Positions 19,032 through 27,939 of a stretch of 34,617 nt of DNA are shown here, piece by piece (the stretch's first letter is position 1; each line of letters begins with the position of its first letter). The notes under the pieces were generated by a model. That model had not been told where the DNA came from. It saw only the letters and a program-made list of their open reading frames with translations, and searched no databases. Made by a program: the position numbers and the translations under genes. This stretch comes from an uncultured Alphaproteobacteria bacterium. Its GTDB lineage: Bacteria; Pseudomonadota; Alphaproteobacteria; Rhizobiales; Beijerinckiaceae. The stretch is from NCBI GenBank assembly GCA_963923565.1, contig CAWUMH010000001.1, positions 1 through 34,617 on the forward strand, read 5' to 3'.

Positions 19032-20087
19032 ATGTCGATATCAGACACGGCAGACTTGCCCTCATCATTGTCGCGTGCAGAGCTCGTATCGTCAGGTCGC
19101 TCATCGCATCGAATTTTTTTCGGACTCATGATTGCGGGCTCATTTGCGCTTTCGATCATCGCATTTGCTTTGGCCTGGCATAGCGGATGGTTTCGTGTGC
19201 CACCCTTGCCAACGGTCACGGTACCAATTGAATGGCCACAAGATCCACTAATTACCGCTACGGCACGTCGGACATTGACCAGTCATGGATTGGCGCCCGC
19301 GCCCGATCCGCGTCTCATCGAAATCATTCCCGATGGCGTCTTACCAATTCGCGCCGAAGATGGCGCAACTCCTCTTAATGTCTATGCGCGCCCCATGCCT
19401 CCGCAGGCGAGTACTGCTGCAAAAACGCCTAGCGTTTCTCTCATTCTTCGAGGCGCCGGTATCGGACAATTGGTAACATTGGAAGCGTCCTTAAGATTAC
19501 CCGGCGAAATGTCTTTTGCTCTCTCGCCCTATGCGCGCGAAATCGATCGACAGGTTGATGAGATCCGTGAGGAAGGCCATGAGGTGTTTCTTGATATTCC
19601 TATCATGGCGCGCGATCAGAATTCTGAGGATGCGGGTCCCAAAGCCTTGATACCGGCTGCTCCTGACGCTGAGAACCATTCCCGCTTAAAATGGTCGATG
19701 GCCAGGGTCGCAGGCTATGCGGGGCTACTCGCGGTTTCCGGTTCAGACTTTGTGATCTCCGCCGATCTCAAAGACCTGCTTGGCAAACAAGCGGAAACAC
19801 GCGGCCTCGGACTGATTACCGCTTCACATAATGAGACTTCGGCCTATTCGCCCCAAGGTGATCAAGTGACCATCGATGTTTCGATTATGCGGGATACGCC
19901 TGCTGTGCAGATCGACGGTGCACTTGATCAGTTAACTGCGGAAGCCAAGCGCAAAGGCTCCGCAATAGGGGTTGCGGTCATCACACCTCTTGCGATAGAG
20001 CGCCTTAAGAAGTGGAGCGAGGGCTTGGCCGCTCAGGGCGTTCGCCTCGTTCCCGCAAGTGCGGTATTGTTGCAGGCAAGGTCGTGA
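19032..20087 (+). CDS. divergent polysaccharide deacetylase family protein (YibQ-like)
   Basis: 351 aa, with an N-terminal TM helix ([21 protein letters not shown]) followed by a periplasmic domain of about 250 aa. It lies downstream of the envC-like and ctpA genes, as yibQ follows envC in E. coli. The call is mostly from context and architecture. Confidence 0.6.
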   Translation: MSISDTADLPSSLSRAELVSSGRSSHRIFFGLMIAGSFALSIIAFALAWHSGWFRVPPLPTVTVPIEWPQDPLITATARRTLTSHGLAPAPDPRLIEIIPDGVLPIRAEDGATPLNVYARPMPPQASTAAKTPSVSLILRGAGIGQLVTLEASLRLPGEMSFALSPYAREIDRQVDEIREEGHEVFLDIPIMARDQNSEDAGPKALIPAAPDAENHSRLKWSMARVAGYAGLLAVSGSDFVISADLKDLLGKQAETRGLGLITASHNETSAYSPQGDQVTIDVSIMRDTPAVQIDGALDQLTAEAKRKGSAIGVAVITPLAIERLKKWSEGLAAQGVRLVPASAVLLQARS

Positions 20088-20089
20088 TT

Positions 20090-20593
20090 ATGCGTTATGA
20101 GGATCTTCCCTATCGACGGAATGTCGGCATTATGCTCGTCAATCCGAAGGGTTTGATCTTTGTCGGTCAGCGCCGCGCAGAAGCGGGCCCCGAACATGTC
20201 GATGGCCAACATTCTTGGCAGATGCCGCAGGGCGGTATCGATAAGGGTGAAGATCCCCATCCCGCAGCCTTGCGCGAATTGGCCGAAGAGACAGGTGTAA
20301 CGAGTGTGTCACTCATCGCAGAAGCGCCGCATTGGTTGACTTACGATCTTCCGCCCGATGTTGCGAAAGCGGCATGGAAGGGAAAATATCGCGGCCAGAC
20401 ACAGAAATGGTTCGCGTTCCGGTTCGAAGGGAAAGATAGCGAGATCAATATTCTCGCGCCCCCCGGCGGCCATAAGCCGGAATTTCAAGATTGGCGCTGG
20501 GCCCCACTCGAGGATCTTCCCTCGCTTGTGATCCCCTTTAAAAGAGCGGTTTATCAAGATGTCGTCGCGCTCTTCCGGTCTTTGATTGTTTGA
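20090..20593 (+). CDS. rppH: RNA pyrophosphohydrolase (NUDIX)
   Basis: [18 protein letters not shown] start, Nudix box [23 protein letters not shown] and QKWFAFRF. I chose the ATG at 20090; the track ORF starts at 20012 and overlaps the upstream gene. Confidence 0.9.
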   Translation: MRYEDLPYRRNVGIMLVNPKGLIFVGQRRAEAGPEHVDGQHSWQMPQGGIDKGEDPHPAALRELAEETGVTSVSLIAEAPHWLTYDLPPDVAKAAWKGKYRGQTQKWFAFRFEGKDSEINILAPPGGHKPEFQDWRWAPLEDLPSLVIPFKRAVYQDVVALFRSLIV

Positions 20594-21489
20594 AATAATC
20601 CAAATTTGAAATTGACGATGGTCAATCCGAGGCCGATCAATCCCATACCAGCGAGATCGCTGAGTGAAAGAGATTCACCGAGAACAAAAATTCCGAGAAT
20701 GAGCGCGCTCGGCGGAATGAGAAGCGTTACAAGCGCCACCGCAACAGCGCCGGAGTTATTCAGCACGCGGAAATACATCAGATAGCCGATGGCCGTGCAA
20801 AGAACACCAAGAGCAGCAATGCTTAAGATCGCATCAAGCGGTGGCATCGCGAGTGTCCAGGGCTGATCGATGACCCAGGATATGGGAAAGAGAACAAACG
20901 ACGCAGAAAGTGTCTGTCCGAAAGCGATTTGCATCGGCTTCAAATTCATGCGCGCAAAGCGACGCCCGAAAATACTTGCCGACGCATAAGATAATGTTGC
21001 CGCAAGACAAGCGAGCTCGCCCCAGAGATTGATTGTTGAACCGAGTATTAAACCCGGCCCAATCAGAACGATGACACCAAGAAGGCCTAGGACAATGCCC
21101 AACACGCGATTGGCGGTTAATCGTTCATCCTGCGTCGCAAAATGCGCGATGATAATGGCAAAAAGGGGGGTCATCGCATTGATGATAGAGGCAAGACCTG
21201 CATCGATCTTACTTGTGCCATAAACAATCAGACTCATCGGAATGACATTGTTGATGATGCCCATTCCAAGAAAAGCGATCCATGTTTTAAGTCCCTTAGG
21301 AAAGGGCGTACGAAGAGCGAATATAACGAGTGCGAGAACCAGTGCACCGAGAACGACACGCGAAAAGACAATCGTGAACACTGGAACTGATAAAACAGCA
21401 ACCTTCATGAAGAGATAGGAGCCCCCCCAAATGATCGAGAGACCAATGAGCAGTGCCCATTCAAAGGGACCGATAGATGTCTTTTGCAT
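20554..21489 (-). CDS. EamA/DMT-family transporter
   Basis: 311 aa with about 10 hydrophobic helices arranged as two EamA-like halves. Its 3' end overlaps the 3' end of rppH by 40 nt. Confidence 0.8.
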   Translation of the reverse strand: MQKTSIGPFEWALLIGLSIIWGGSYLFMKVAVLSVPVFTIVFSRVVLGALVLALVIFALRTPFPKGLKTWIAFLGMGIINNVIPMSLIVYGTSKIDAGLASIINAMTPLFAIIIAHFATQDERLTANRVLGIVLGLLGVIVLIGPGLILGSTINLWGELACLAATLSYASASIFGRRFARMNLKPMQIAFGQTLSASFVLFPISWVIDQPWTLAMPPLDAILSIAALGVLCTAIGYLMYFRVLNNSGAVAVALVTLLIPPSALILGIFVLGESLSLSDLAGMGLIGLGLTIVNFKFGLFQTIKDRKSATTS

Positions 21490-21588
21490 GAGGGTTCCGA
21501 TGGCCGATCAGCAACTCCGATCACGCCAATTCTACCGGCTCACTGGGCGAAGAACCACCCGAAATCGATGATGTTCATGAAGAGGCTC

Positions 21589-23052
21589 TTATTTCAGAGC
21601 GGCGTAATTCCGACGTTGGTCGAGTTTCAAAGCTGTCAGGACAAGGCCATCATAGCCGTAAATATCGCCCAATCGACGAAGTTGCCCATCATCACCAGTA
21701 ATGACGGTGAAATAAGCAAGATGAACGGGAAGTGGTTCATTAAGCTTGATCAGGCGCTCATCACGCCCGATAAAGGCTTTGAGATTGTCTTCGGAATATT
21801 TCGAATCTTGAAGAACGGCGGCGGCGAGAGAGAATGGATTTTCAACGCGGACGCAGCCATGGGAATAGGCGCGGTCAACATTCGCAAATAATTTCCGCAT
21901 GGGTGTGTCATGCAGATAAACCGCATGATCATTCGGTAAATTGAATTTGATCAGGCCGAGCGCGTTGCGTTCGCCAGGTGGCTGCCGAATGGCGATGTTC
22001 TCACCAATTTGTGTGACTTCATATCCCGACTTCTCGGCGTAAGTTGGATCCTCTGCCATTTTGGGAAGAAACTCATTGCGGATAATTGACTCAGGGACAT
22101 GCCAACTCGGATTGACGATTACAGAGTTAATCGCCGCTGAAAAAATCGGCGTCGCTGTATCAGGCTTTCCAACAACTGTGCGTGTTGTATGCACAACTTC
22201 GCCATGGCGGATCAGCTTCAAGTTGAATTCTGGTAGATTAACGAAGATATGGTCCGCGCCCAATTCTGCGGGAACCCAACGCCAGCGCTCCATATTAGCG
22301 ATGAGATCAAAAGCACTTGGTGCCGTCATGCTCACCATTGCTGTTGTTGTCCGCGCTTTTGGGCCCGTGGTTTTGATCACAGGCTCTGCATCGCTGAGGC
22401 TACCCGTCGTTTCCCGTAACTCCATCAATCGGGCTTTAAGCTGCTGATAGGCTTTATGCCGCGGTTGATAGGCTTGAAGCCGATCGCCGACATGATCAGC
22501 GCCCATGAGATCAGACAAAACCATTGTTGGGCGGGGAAGCATCAATTTCGGTGTGATGAGTTTGGAAAGACGGATCGTATCGATCCGCGCACCGCGCGCA
22601 TCGCGCGCAAAGGACACAGCGCTCGCCGATAAGATCAAGTCTGCTTCGGCGATCTTGCGAGGATCAGTTTCTGACGCTGTAATAAAAGGCGCAGGATAAT
22701 CTTCGGCATTCATGCCGTCATCATCAGCACTTGATAGACGACGTTGCAGACTATCGCGCCGCTCATTTAAAGCTTCGCTGCCAAACCAAAGCGGGAGATC
22801 GTTACGCGCGGCATAGAAGTTCAGAAAATTTTCCCGCTCTGCTTTTGGCCATTTCAACATGACCGCTGGTAAAGAGCCTGACGTCCGGATTCGACCAATC
22901 TCTTCAGCAATGCGGCTGACCGGGATGGTGTCTTGCTTGATGGCTTCGCTGATCGACGCGGGTGTAGGTTCGTCTGCATAAGAAGTCTGGTTTGCACCCA
23001 TGAGTAAGGATGCGCTCATTAAAAGAAGCAGAGTCGATGCAAGACGGTTCAT
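21589..23052 (-). CDS. L,D-transpeptidase, YcbB/LdtD-like (signal peptide, PG-binding-like region, YkuD domain)
   Basis: Signal peptide MNRLASTLLLLMSASLLMGANQTSYA and YkuD catalytic block VYLHDTPMRKLFANVDRAYSHGCVRVENP. It is 487 aa. The start ATG overlaps the response-regulator stop (ATGA at 23049-23052). Confidence 0.88.
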   Translation of the reverse strand: MNRLASTLLLLMSASLLMGANQTSYADEPTPASISEAIKQDTIPVSRIAEEIGRIRTSGSLPAVMLKWPKAERENFLNFYAARNDLPLWFGSEALNERRDSLQRRLSSADDDGMNAEDYPAPFITASETDPRKIAEADLILSASAVSFARDARGARIDTIRLSKLITPKLMLPRPTMVLSDLMGADHVGDRLQAYQPRHKAYQQLKARLMELRETTGSLSDAEPVIKTTGPKARTTTAMVSMTAPSAFDLIANMERWRWVPAELGADHIFVNLPEFNLKLIRHGEVVHTTRTVVGKPDTATPIFSAAINSVIVNPSWHVPESIIRNEFLPKMAEDPTYAEKSGYEVTQIGENIAIRQPPGERNALGLIKFNLPNDHAVYLHDTPMRKLFANVDRAYSHGCVRVENPFSLAAAVLQDSKYSEDNLKAFIGRDERLIKLNEPLPVHLAYFTVITGDDGQLRRLGDIYGYDGLVLTALKLDQRRNYAALK

Positions 23053-23783
23053 GCGGCATCCCCATAAGCGGGCGGTTTGATGGTTTGGTCAGCTTGATTG
23101 ATCTCGTCGACCCGCCGATAGAGCGTGGAACGACTGATACCGAGTAGCCGAGCGAGTGAGGACACCGAGTCGGGCTTCCACCGTAGTGCGAAGGCGATGA
23201 CGTCTCTCTCAATCGCAGCGAGCGAGCGTAAGCGACCCGTTTGATCAAGAAGGGAGACGCTTGCGGGTGCTGGTTCGATTTTGTGAAAGCGGTTTGGCTC
23301 GCGGGACGCCATGACGACGCGCGGTTCATGATCAAAGCTCGAAAAAGTGATGGGCGTACGGGGCAGCTCGCTCGCCATAGCGCCGCTAAGGGGCATTCCG
23401 GATGGCGAGAGCATATTCTTGAGTGATACCGCAATACGTTCGAAACTGGCGGGGATTAATGAGAAGTCCTGCGCACCAGCCGCAATAGCTGTTAGCGCCG
23501 AATCAAGCGCCGTCGGCTTCACAAGAACCAATATCGGGATGCGATAGCCTGTCGCGCGGAGTCTGGTGATCACGGCCATGCCGTCGAGGTCCGGCATGAC
23601 GAGATCGAGCAGAATGGCAGCAAGGGATGGGTCGCGATGGTGCATGATCATGCCGAGGGCGTCTTCGCCTGAAGCAACGAGAACCGGTTCATGGCCCATT
23701 CGGTCGACCAGTCGTCCAAGATGCGTCCGGTGCACCGGGTCATCTTCGACGATCAAAATTTTACGCTTCATACCAAAGGGCAC
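23049..23783 (-). CDS. response regulator: receiver domain + linker + Fis-type HTH, with no AAA+ domain
   Basis: REC hallmarks are ILIVEDD and AAILLDLVMPDLDG. The C-terminal Fis-like HTH is VSSLARLLGISRSTLYRRV. By manual alignment, the conserved beta4 Thr/Ser position reads Val (PILVLVK) and the beta5 Lys reads Ile (DFSLIPA). The start could instead be the ATG at 23771 (MKRKIL). Confidence 0.8.
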   Translation of the reverse strand: MPFGMKRKILIVEDDPVHRTHLGRLVDRMGHEPVLVASGEDALGMIMHHRDPSLAAILLDLVMPDLDGMAVITRLRATGYRIPILVLVKPTALDSALTAIAAGAQDFSLIPASFERIAVSLKNMLSPSGMPLSGAMASELPRTPITFSSFDHEPRVVMASREPNRFHKIEPAPASVSLLDQTGRLRSLAAIERDVIAFALRWKPDSVSSLARLLGISRSTLYRRVDEINQADQTIKPPAYGDAA

Positions 23784-23934
23784 TCAAATGAATTTCTGAT
23801 TCGGCTCGATTTTCACTGTCTTTGGTAAAGGCCGCTTTAATGCCGCATGCTATGGGCGGCTTTTTTATTGATTGGATAAAGCGCTCTTTGTAAGAACAGA
23901 GCGATATATCAAATTCTTAACAAAAGATGGACAA

Positions 23935-25791
23935 ATGATGCGCGCGCTCATTTCGCTTCGACGGGACATTCACCACGCGGCAGCAGCAGGTTCGGCGGCC
24001 GCAGAAGCCGAAGCACTCGGAATTTTACCCGAGTGGAATCTTACCGATCTATACCCAAGTCTCGAGTCAGCTGAATTGAAGGCGGATTTTGAGTGGGTCG
24101 AGAGTGAGGCCAAAGCGTTTTCATCGCTCTATCGTGGTAAACTCGAAACCCTGCTTAAAGGCGATCATGCTGCTGCATCCTTGCATAAAGCCATTGCTGC
24201 CTATGAAGCGATTGACGATCGTTTGGGCCGCATCTTGTCTTATGCCGGTCTCGTCTATTCTGGCGATACAACTGATCCTGTCAGAGCGAAGTTTTATGGC
24301 GATACACAGGATCGCGCGACGACACTGAGCACAGAGCTATTGTTTTTTACGCTTGAACTTAATCGATTGGATGATGCAGCGCTTGATAAGGTCGCTTCTC
24401 AAGCGCCACTATCGCATTATGCGCCTTGGTTGAAAGATATCAGACTCGAAAAGCCGCATCAGCTTGATGACCAGCTTGAGCAAATCTTTCTTGAAAAGTC
24501 AGTAACCGGCGCCAACGCTTGGAACCGTCTCTTTGACGAGACGATGGCGGCGTTGCGCTTTGAGTTCGATGGTGAGGAGCTTACGCTCGAACCGATCTTG
24601 AATAAATTTCAAGATCCCGATGACGCCGTCCGCAAACGGGCATCGGATTCCCTGGCGAAGACATTTCGTGCCAATCTTCGGACCTTTTCACTGATCACAA
24701 ATACGCTTGCGAAAGATAAGGATATCTCCGATCGCTGGCGTGGCTTTGACGATATTGCCGATAGCCGCCATCTTTCCAATCGCGTCGAACGTGAAGTTGT
24801 TGAGGCTTTGGTGAGTGCGGTGCGTGCGGCCTATCCGCGTCTTTCGCATCGCTATTATGCGCTTAAAGCAAAATGGTTCGGCAAAACACAGCTTGATCAT
24901 TGGGATCGTAACGCGCCGCTTCCGAAAGTGGATCAAAAAACGATTCCTTGGACAGAAGCGCGCTCGATGGTTCTCGAAGCCTATCGCGATTTTTCACCAC
25001 GCATGGCAACCATTGCGAATGATTTTTTTGATAAGCAATGGATTGATGCGCCCGTTCGCCCGGGCAAAGCGCCCGGTGCTTTTGCGCATCCAACTGTTCC
25101 GTCCGCGCATCCCTATGTGCTTGTCAATTATCTCGGTAAACCTCGTGATGTGATGACGCTCGCGCATGAATTGGGCCATGGCGTTCATCAAGTCCTTGCG
25201 GCAGCAAATGGGGCCTTAATGGCGCCAACGCCTTTGACGCTCGCTGAAACCGCATCTGTCTTTGGTGAGATGCTCACCTTCCGCCGTCTCCTTGATAACA
25301 CCAAGGATCAAAAGCAGCGCAAAGCCATGCTCGCGGCAAAAGTCGAGGATATGATCAACACTGTTGTGCGGCAAATTGCGTTTTACACCTTCGAACGCGA
25401 AATTCATCAAGCACGCAAAGGTGGTGAGATCACAGCTGATCAGATCGGTGAGATCTGGCTTAAAGTGCAGAGCGAAAGCCTCGGACCGTCGATCCGCTTG
25501 GGCGAAGGCTATGAGACGTTCTGGACTTATATTCCGCACTTCATCCATTCGCCCTTCTATGTTTATGCCTATGCCTTTGGCGATTGCCTCGTGAATTCGC
25601 TTTATGCTGTCTATGAGAATGCGGCGGAAGGCTTTGCCGAACGTTATCTTGCCATGTTGGCCGCTGGCGGCACGAAACATCACTCCGAACTTCTTCAACC
25701 TTTCGGGCTTGATGCACGTGATCCGGCCTTCTGGCAGGTCGGATTGTCGCTCATTGAACGAATGATTGCCGAACTCGAAACGATGGACTGA
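23935..25791 (+). CDS. pepF: oligoendopeptidase F family (M3B) metallopeptidase
   Basis: HELGHGVH zinc motif, LPEWNLTDLYPS N-terminal motif and a length typical of M3B. I chose the ATG at 23935. The track ORF begins at a TTG at 23872. Confidence 0.88.
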   Translation: MMRALISLRRDIHHAAAAGSAAAEAEALGILPEWNLTDLYPSLESAELKADFEWVESEAKAFSSLYRGKLETLLKGDHAAASLHKAIAAYEAIDDRLGRILSYAGLVYSGDTTDPVRAKFYGDTQDRATTLSTELLFFTLELNRLDDAALDKVASQAPLSHYAPWLKDIRLEKPHQLDDQLEQIFLEKSVTGANAWNRLFDETMAALRFEFDGEELTLEPILNKFQDPDDAVRKRASDSLAKTFRANLRTFSLITNTLAKDKDISDRWRGFDDIADSRHLSNRVEREVVEALVSAVRAAYPRLSHRYYALKAKWFGKTQLDHWDRNAPLPKVDQKTIPWTEARSMVLEAYRDFSPRMATIANDFFDKQWIDAPVRPGKAPGAFAHPTVPSAHPYVLVNYLGKPRDVMTLAHELGHGVHQVLAAANGALMAPTPLTLAETASVFGEMLTFRRLLDNTKDQKQRKAMLAAKVEDMINTVVRQIAFYTFEREIHQARKGGEITADQIGEIWLKVQSESLGPSIRLGEGYETFWTYIPHFIHSPFYVYAYAFGDCLVNSLYAVYENAAEGFAERYLAMLAAGGTKHHSELLQPFGLDARDPAFWQVGLSLIERMIAELETMD

Positions 25792-25847
25792 CCGATCTGC
25801 CCTCGCGGCTGTAACGTATCAAGAAGCGTAACAGCCGGATAAGTATC

Positions 25848-27209
25848 ATGAGTGAATTTGATCCTGAACGGAATCGCGCGTCTGGTCGTGCTTTGCGCTA
25901 TGCGCGTGTGGCAACCAATGTTGGCGGCGTTGCCGCGCGGATCATTGGCGGTCGCTTACTCCGTCTCGAGGGCGTTGATGACCGTAACGCCGCAGCGCTT
26001 ACGTCCGCTCTCGGGGGATTGAAGGGCCCGCTCATGAAAGTTGCCCAATTGCTCGCAACTATTCCTGATGCGCTGCCTGCTGACTATGCCACGCAACTAG
26101 CTTCCCTTCAGAGCCATGCACCGCCTATGGGTGCGGCCTTTGTGAAGCGCCGCATGATTGCCGAATTGGGTCCTGAGTGGCGTAGGCATTTCGAAAGCTT
26201 CGATCTTCATCCGACTGCGGCGGCGTCGCTCGGACAAGTGCATCGTGCAACGGATCATGACGGACAAAACCTTGCCGTCAAATTACAATATCCGGATATG
26301 GCCTCCGCGGTAGAGGCTGATCTTTCGCAACTGAATATTTTATTCTCACTGCATCGGCAATTTGATCCGGCGGTTGACACGAAAGAAATCGCAAAGGAAA
26401 TCGCTGCGCGCATTCGTGAAGAACTCGATTATCGCCGTGAAGCGAAACATGCAGTGCTTTATCAAAACATATTGGCGAATGAGGATCTTGTTCGTGTTCC
26501 GAAAATTCGTTCAAACCTCTCAACGGCGCGGCTCCTCACCATGGAGTGGCTCGAAGGTCAAAAGATTCTTGATTATAAAAATGCGGATCGCTCGATCAGA
26601 AATCATCTCGCAACAGCGATGTTTCGTGCTTGGTGGCATCCCTTCAGCCGCTTTGGTGTTATTCATGGCGATCCCCATCTCGGCAATTACACCGTGTTCG
26701 AGAAGGACAGTGAGGCGGCAGGCATAAACCTTCTTGATTATGGCTGTATTCGAATTTTCCCTGCCCGCTTTGTTGGGGGCGTTGTTGATCTCTATCGTGG
26801 TCTTTTGGAAGATGATCATGATCGGATTGTTCACGCCTATGAGACATGGGGTTTCCGTGGTCTCAATGCGGAGCTGATTGATATTCTTAATCTTTGGGCG
26901 CGTTTTATTTATGGCCCGCTTCTCGATGATCGCACACGGACAGTGGCAGATGGATTAAAGCCGGGCGATTATGGTCGCAAAGAAGCCTTTGCTGTACACA
27001 AGGCGTTAAAAGAAAAAGGCCCGGTTACGATACCGCGTGAATTTGTTTTCATGGATCGCGCCGCAATCGGATTGGGCGGCGTGTTTTTGCATCTCGATGC
27101 TGAATTGAATTTCTATCGCCTTTTCAATGAAGCCATCGAGTCATTTTCAAGCGATGAGGTCGCCGCGCGGCAGGCAGCGGCACTGCAAGACGTTGGGTTG
27201 ACCAACTGA
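25848..27209 (+). CDS. ABC1/AarF/UbiB-family atypical kinase
   Basis: Contains GPLMKVAQLLATIPDALP, AAASLGQVHRA and VIHGDPHLGNY, the ABC1-family motifs. It is 453 aa. Confidence 0.85.
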   Translation: MSEFDPERNRASGRALRYARVATNVGGVAARIIGGRLLRLEGVDDRNAAALTSALGGLKGPLMKVAQLLATIPDALPADYATQLASLQSHAPPMGAAFVKRRMIAELGPEWRRHFESFDLHPTAAASLGQVHRATDHDGQNLAVKLQYPDMASAVEADLSQLNILFSLHRQFDPAVDTKEIAKEIAARIREELDYRREAKHAVLYQNILANEDLVRVPKIRSNLSTARLLTMEWLEGQKILDYKNADRSIRNHLATAMFRAWWHPFSRFGVIHGDPHLGNYTVFEKDSEAAGINLLDYGCIRIFPARFVGGVVDLYRGLLEDDHDRIVHAYETWGFRGLNAELIDILNLWARFIYGPLLDDRTRTVADGLKPGDYGRKEAFAVHKALKEKGPVTIPREFVFMDRAAIGLGGVFLHLDAELNFYRLFNEAIESFSSDEVAARQAAALQDVGLTN

Positions 27210-27221
27210 CACCCACGCAAG

Positions 27222-27248
27222 AAAAAAGGGGCCGGAAAACGGCCCCTT
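27222..27248. terminator. GC hairpin with flanking A-run and short T-run; a better intrinsic terminator when read on the minus strand
   Basis: AAAAAA-GGGGCCG-GAAAA-CGGCCCC-TT. On the plus strand only TT follows the stem. On the minus strand the stem is followed by TTTTTT. Confidence 0.55.
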
Positions 27249-27420
27249 AAAGTCAGGAAAACAGTCAGGGACGAGCCGGAGTGGGATTGCACCTCGTTCC
27301 GAGAGGCTGGGGGGCAGTCCGGTCAGAACCAATCCAACCCCGGCGTCGAAAGCGAAGATGATCGAGCAGTTTGGCGCTCAAAAGACCAGATTGCGGCAGA
27401 ATCTTGATTTTTTGTCCTCG
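27222..27420 (-). ncRNA. candidate small RNA (unclassified), inferred only from the orphan minus-oriented terminator and local structure
   Basis: No minus-strand gene is available to use the terminator at 27222-27248. The minus-strand sequence just 5' of it is U-rich and carries a duplicated CCUGACU, preceded by several short hairpins. I could not identify a convincing promoter, so the 5' end is arbitrary. Confidence 0.2.
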
Positions 27421-27421
27421 C

Positions 27422-27427
27422 TATAAT
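27422..27427 (+). promoter_or_regulatory. possible -10 element (TATAAT) for the DUF2794 gene
   Basis: A perfect TATAAT lies 73 nt upstream of the TTG start at 27500. The nearest TTGATT is only 12 nt upstream, which is poor spacing, so the -35 element is unclear. Confidence 0.3.
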
Positions 27428-27499
27428 TTTCTTTTTGGCTTGAAGCCGCGCGCAAATCTGCCGATGATGGGTCTCAGGGCGCAAAGGGAGATCTGACCA

Positions 27500-27871
27500 T
27501 TGGACGGCGAGAGCAGCCCCGCACAATCATCCATTCTTCCTTGGCCCTCTGGCGTGGTAACAGCCGATCCCGCGCGCGTTGTTTTTGATCGTAAAGAACT
27601 CACGACCTTACTCGGTATCTATGGTCGTATGGTCGCCGCCGGTGAGTGGCGTGATTATGCAATTGATTTCATGAAAGACCGCGCGGTGTTTTCCGTGTTC
27701 CGGCGTTCAACTGAGTATCCGCTTTATCGTATCGAGAAAAATCCGAAACTGGCGCGCCGGCAGGGGGCCTATGCGGTGATCACAGCAGCAGGACAGATCT
27801 TGAAACGCGGCCATGAGCTTGATCGTGTGTTACGCGTTCTTGAAAAGCCGGTATCCCTTGTCTCTGTTTAA
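27500..27871 (+). CDS. DUF2794-family protein (conserved alphaproteobacterial hypothetical)
   Basis: 123-aa ORF with a TTG start preceded by AAGGGAG at 9-nt spacing. The core VVFDRKELTTLLGIYGRMVAAGEWRDYAIDF...FSVFRRSTEYPLYRIEK matches my recollection of DUF2794. Confidence 0.75.
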   Translation: MDGESSPAQSSILPWPSGVVTADPARVVFDRKELTTLLGIYGRMVAAGEWRDYAIDFMKDRAVFSVFRRSTEYPLYRIEKNPKLARRQGAYAVITAAGQILKRGHELDRVLRVLEKPVSLVSV

Positions 27872-27891
27872 TGATTGACGAGAGACAATAA

Positions 27892-27917
27892 AAAAGCCCC
27901 GGCGAACCGGGGCTTTT
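27892..27917. terminator. bidirectional rho-independent terminator between the convergent DUF2794 and BI-1 genes
   Basis: AAAAGCCCCGG-CGAA-CCGGGGCTTTT is an 11-bp stem. Its A/T runs give a U-tract in both orientations. Confidence 0.75.
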
Positions 27918-27939
27918 CATCATTTCGATTTGATCTCGA

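Noticed and set aside
22904-23434. 176-aa minus-strand ORF across the regulator/transpeptidase junction
   Set aside because: It is out of frame with both supported genes and would disrupt their ATGA coupling. The product is Ser/Arg/Pro-rich with no motif.
27250-27420. Tried to identify the intergenic RNA candidate as 6S RNA, SRP (4.5S) RNA, two-piece tmRNA or a known riboswitch
   Set aside because: There is no long end-to-end hairpin with a central bubble (6S). The GGAAGCAGCC-type SRP domain IV motif is absent. There is no T-arm/ACCA or tag-peptide frame (tmRNA), and no riboswitch core that I recognise. It stays unclassified.
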